Positions 62,130-64,000 of a stretch of DNA of 64,000 nucleotides are shown here, piece after piece; position 1 is the first letter of the stretch; every line of letters begins with the position of its first letter. Below the pieces are notes generated by a model that saw nothing but the letters and a program-made list of their open reading frames with translations, ran no database searches and was not told where the DNA came from. The translations under genes were made by a program, and so were the position numbers. The stretch is from Lytechinus pictus (Eukaryota): contig NC_087252.1 in NCBI RefSeq assembly GCF_037042905.1, positions 3,784,001-3,848,000 on the forward strand, read 5' to 3'.

Positions 62130-64000
62130 TGAAAAATTTTTACAATGTGAACATTCATAACGTTTTTCTCCCGTGTGTGTTAGCAGATGATTTTGTAGAT
62201 TGTTGTATTGTGAAAATTTCTTCTTGCAATGTGGACATTCATAAGGTTTTTCACTTGTGTGCACAAGCAGATGGTTATTGAGATTACTCCTTTGTGAAAA
62301 TTTATTTTCACAATGTGAGCATTCATAAGGCCTTTCTCCTGCGTGTGTATTAGTAAATGAGATTTGTCATGACTCTTCTGTGAAAATTTCTTTTCACAAT
62401 GTTCAAATTCATAATGTTTTTCTCCTGTGTGTGTAAGCAGATGATGTGCAAATTTCTTTTTACAATACATGTATGAACATTCATTAGGTTTATCACAAGT
62501 GAAAGCAGATAAGTGTTGAGAGTACTCCTTTGAACAAATTTCTTTCTACAATGTGAAAATTCATACGTTTTTTTTCTTCTGTGTGTTACAAAATGAGATT
62601 TGAGCTGACTTTTAAAAAAATAATTCTTGTCACAATGTTAACATTCATAAGGTTTTTTTCTTGTGTGTGTGTGGAGATGAATTTTTAAAGAACTTATCAA
62701 TGCAAATCTCTTTTTACAGAATGAACAGTCAAATTTTTTATCTCCTTTGTGAGTCAAAAGATGGCATTCAAGATCTCTCTTCTGTGAAAATCCTTTCTCA
62801 CAGTAGTCACATCCATGCAGTGCATTGACAGATGACCATCCAGACTATTTTTACTCATGAACATTCATGAGATTTTATTCCTGCGTGTGTGTTAGAAGAT
62901 TTTTAAGTTACACTTTAGTGAAAATTTCTTTTCACAGTGTGAACAATCATAAGGTTTTTCACTAGAATGGGTTGCAAGATGGATATTTAGATCGGTTTTC
63001 TGTGCGAATTTCTTTTCACAATATGAACAATCATGAGGTCTTTCTCCTGTGTGTGTTAGGAGATGTTTGTTGAGAGCACTCCTATGTATAAATTTCTTTT
63101 CACAGTTTTCACATTCAAAAGGGTTTTCTCCAGTGTGTGTTAGGAGATGGTGTTTGAGAGTAGTCACTTGTGAAAATGTCTTCTCACAGTGTGAACAATC
63201 ATAAGGTTTTTCACCTGTGTGTGTTAGGAGATGGTTGCTGAGAGAACTCCTTTGTGAAAATTTCTTTCCACAATGTGAACATTCATGAGGTTTTTCTTCT
63301 GTGCGTGTTAGCAGATGAGTGTTGAGAGTACTCCTTTGTGAAAATTTATTTTCACAATGTGAACATTCATAAGTTTTTCCTCCTGTGTGTGTCAGAAGAT
63401 GTCTATTAAAGTTACTCTTATCTGAAAATTTCTTTTCGCAATATGAACATTCATAAGTTTTTTTCTCTTATGTGTGTAAGAAGATGTCTATTTAACTTAA
63501 ACGTATGTGAAAATTTCTTTACACAGTATGAACATTCATAGGGTTTTTCACCAGTATGGTTTGAAAGATGGATATTTAGATCGGTTTTCCGAGCAAATTT
63601 CTTTTCACAATGAGAACATTCATGAGGCTTTTCTCCTGTGTGTGTTAGGAGATGTTTCTTGAGAGCACTCTTCTGTGCAAATTTCTTTTTACAGATTTCA
63701 CATTCAAAAGGTTTTTCGCCTGTATGTTTTAGCAGATGATTTTTTAGAGTACTCCTTTGTGAAAATTTCTTTTCACAATGTGAACATTGATAAGTTTTTC
63801 CTCCTGTGTGTGTCAGAAGATGTCTATTAAAGTTACTCTTATCTGAAAATTTCTTTTCGCAATATGAACATTCATAAGGTTTTTCTCCTGTGTGCGTTAG
63901 GAGATGGTTGTTGAGACTACTCCTATGTGTGAATTTCTTTTTACAGTTTTCACATTCAAAACGTTTTTCTCCTGTGTGTGTTAGGAGGTGATTATTGAGA
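62130..64000 (-). pseudogene. tandem 84-bp C2H2 zinc-finger array, decaying toward its 3' end; continues beyond the window
   Basis: About 22 units like [28 protein letters not shown]. +1 frameshift in an A-run at 63458-63464, frameshift/stop at 62892-62905, many lesions below 62890. The upstream part may still be coding. Confidence 0.8.

Overview
AT-rich, transposon-dense animal genomic DNA with spliceosomal introns. The repeat style looks echinoderm/sea-urchin-like, but that is an inference. Left (2.8-13.4 kb, +): three paralogous C2H2 zinc-finger exons. Each starts at an equivalent phase-1 splice acceptor and ends in its own stop. I found no duplicated 5' exons between them, so they are candidate alternative terminal 'zinc-finger cassette' exons of one gene whose 5' end lies upstream of the window. 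Middle (19.4-49.3 kb, -): an 8-coding-exon MRPL37 gene (441 aa as I splice it; all phases compatible). Its 17-kb intron holds a ~1.6-kb fold-back palindrome and a three-level nest: hAT element A > hAT element B (both 6-bp TSDs) > an intact full-length L1/Tx1-clade LINE (15-bp TSD, polyA). Upstream of MRPL37, a third 6-bp-TSD hAT element carries an inverted copy of a promoter/first-exon/donor cassette found 3 kb away, and a near-perfect 146-bp palindrome lies between the two copies. Right end (62.1-64 kb, -): a decaying tandem C2H2 array. Many MITEs, SINEs and microsatellites are present. Window-wide, TACATGTA is strongly over-represented, and at four sites it is a CATGTA insertion at a TA relative to a sister copy, consistent with Tc1/mariner excision footprints. 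No rRNA, genuine tRNA gene or CRISPR array was found. All calls were made by eye; no database searches were run.
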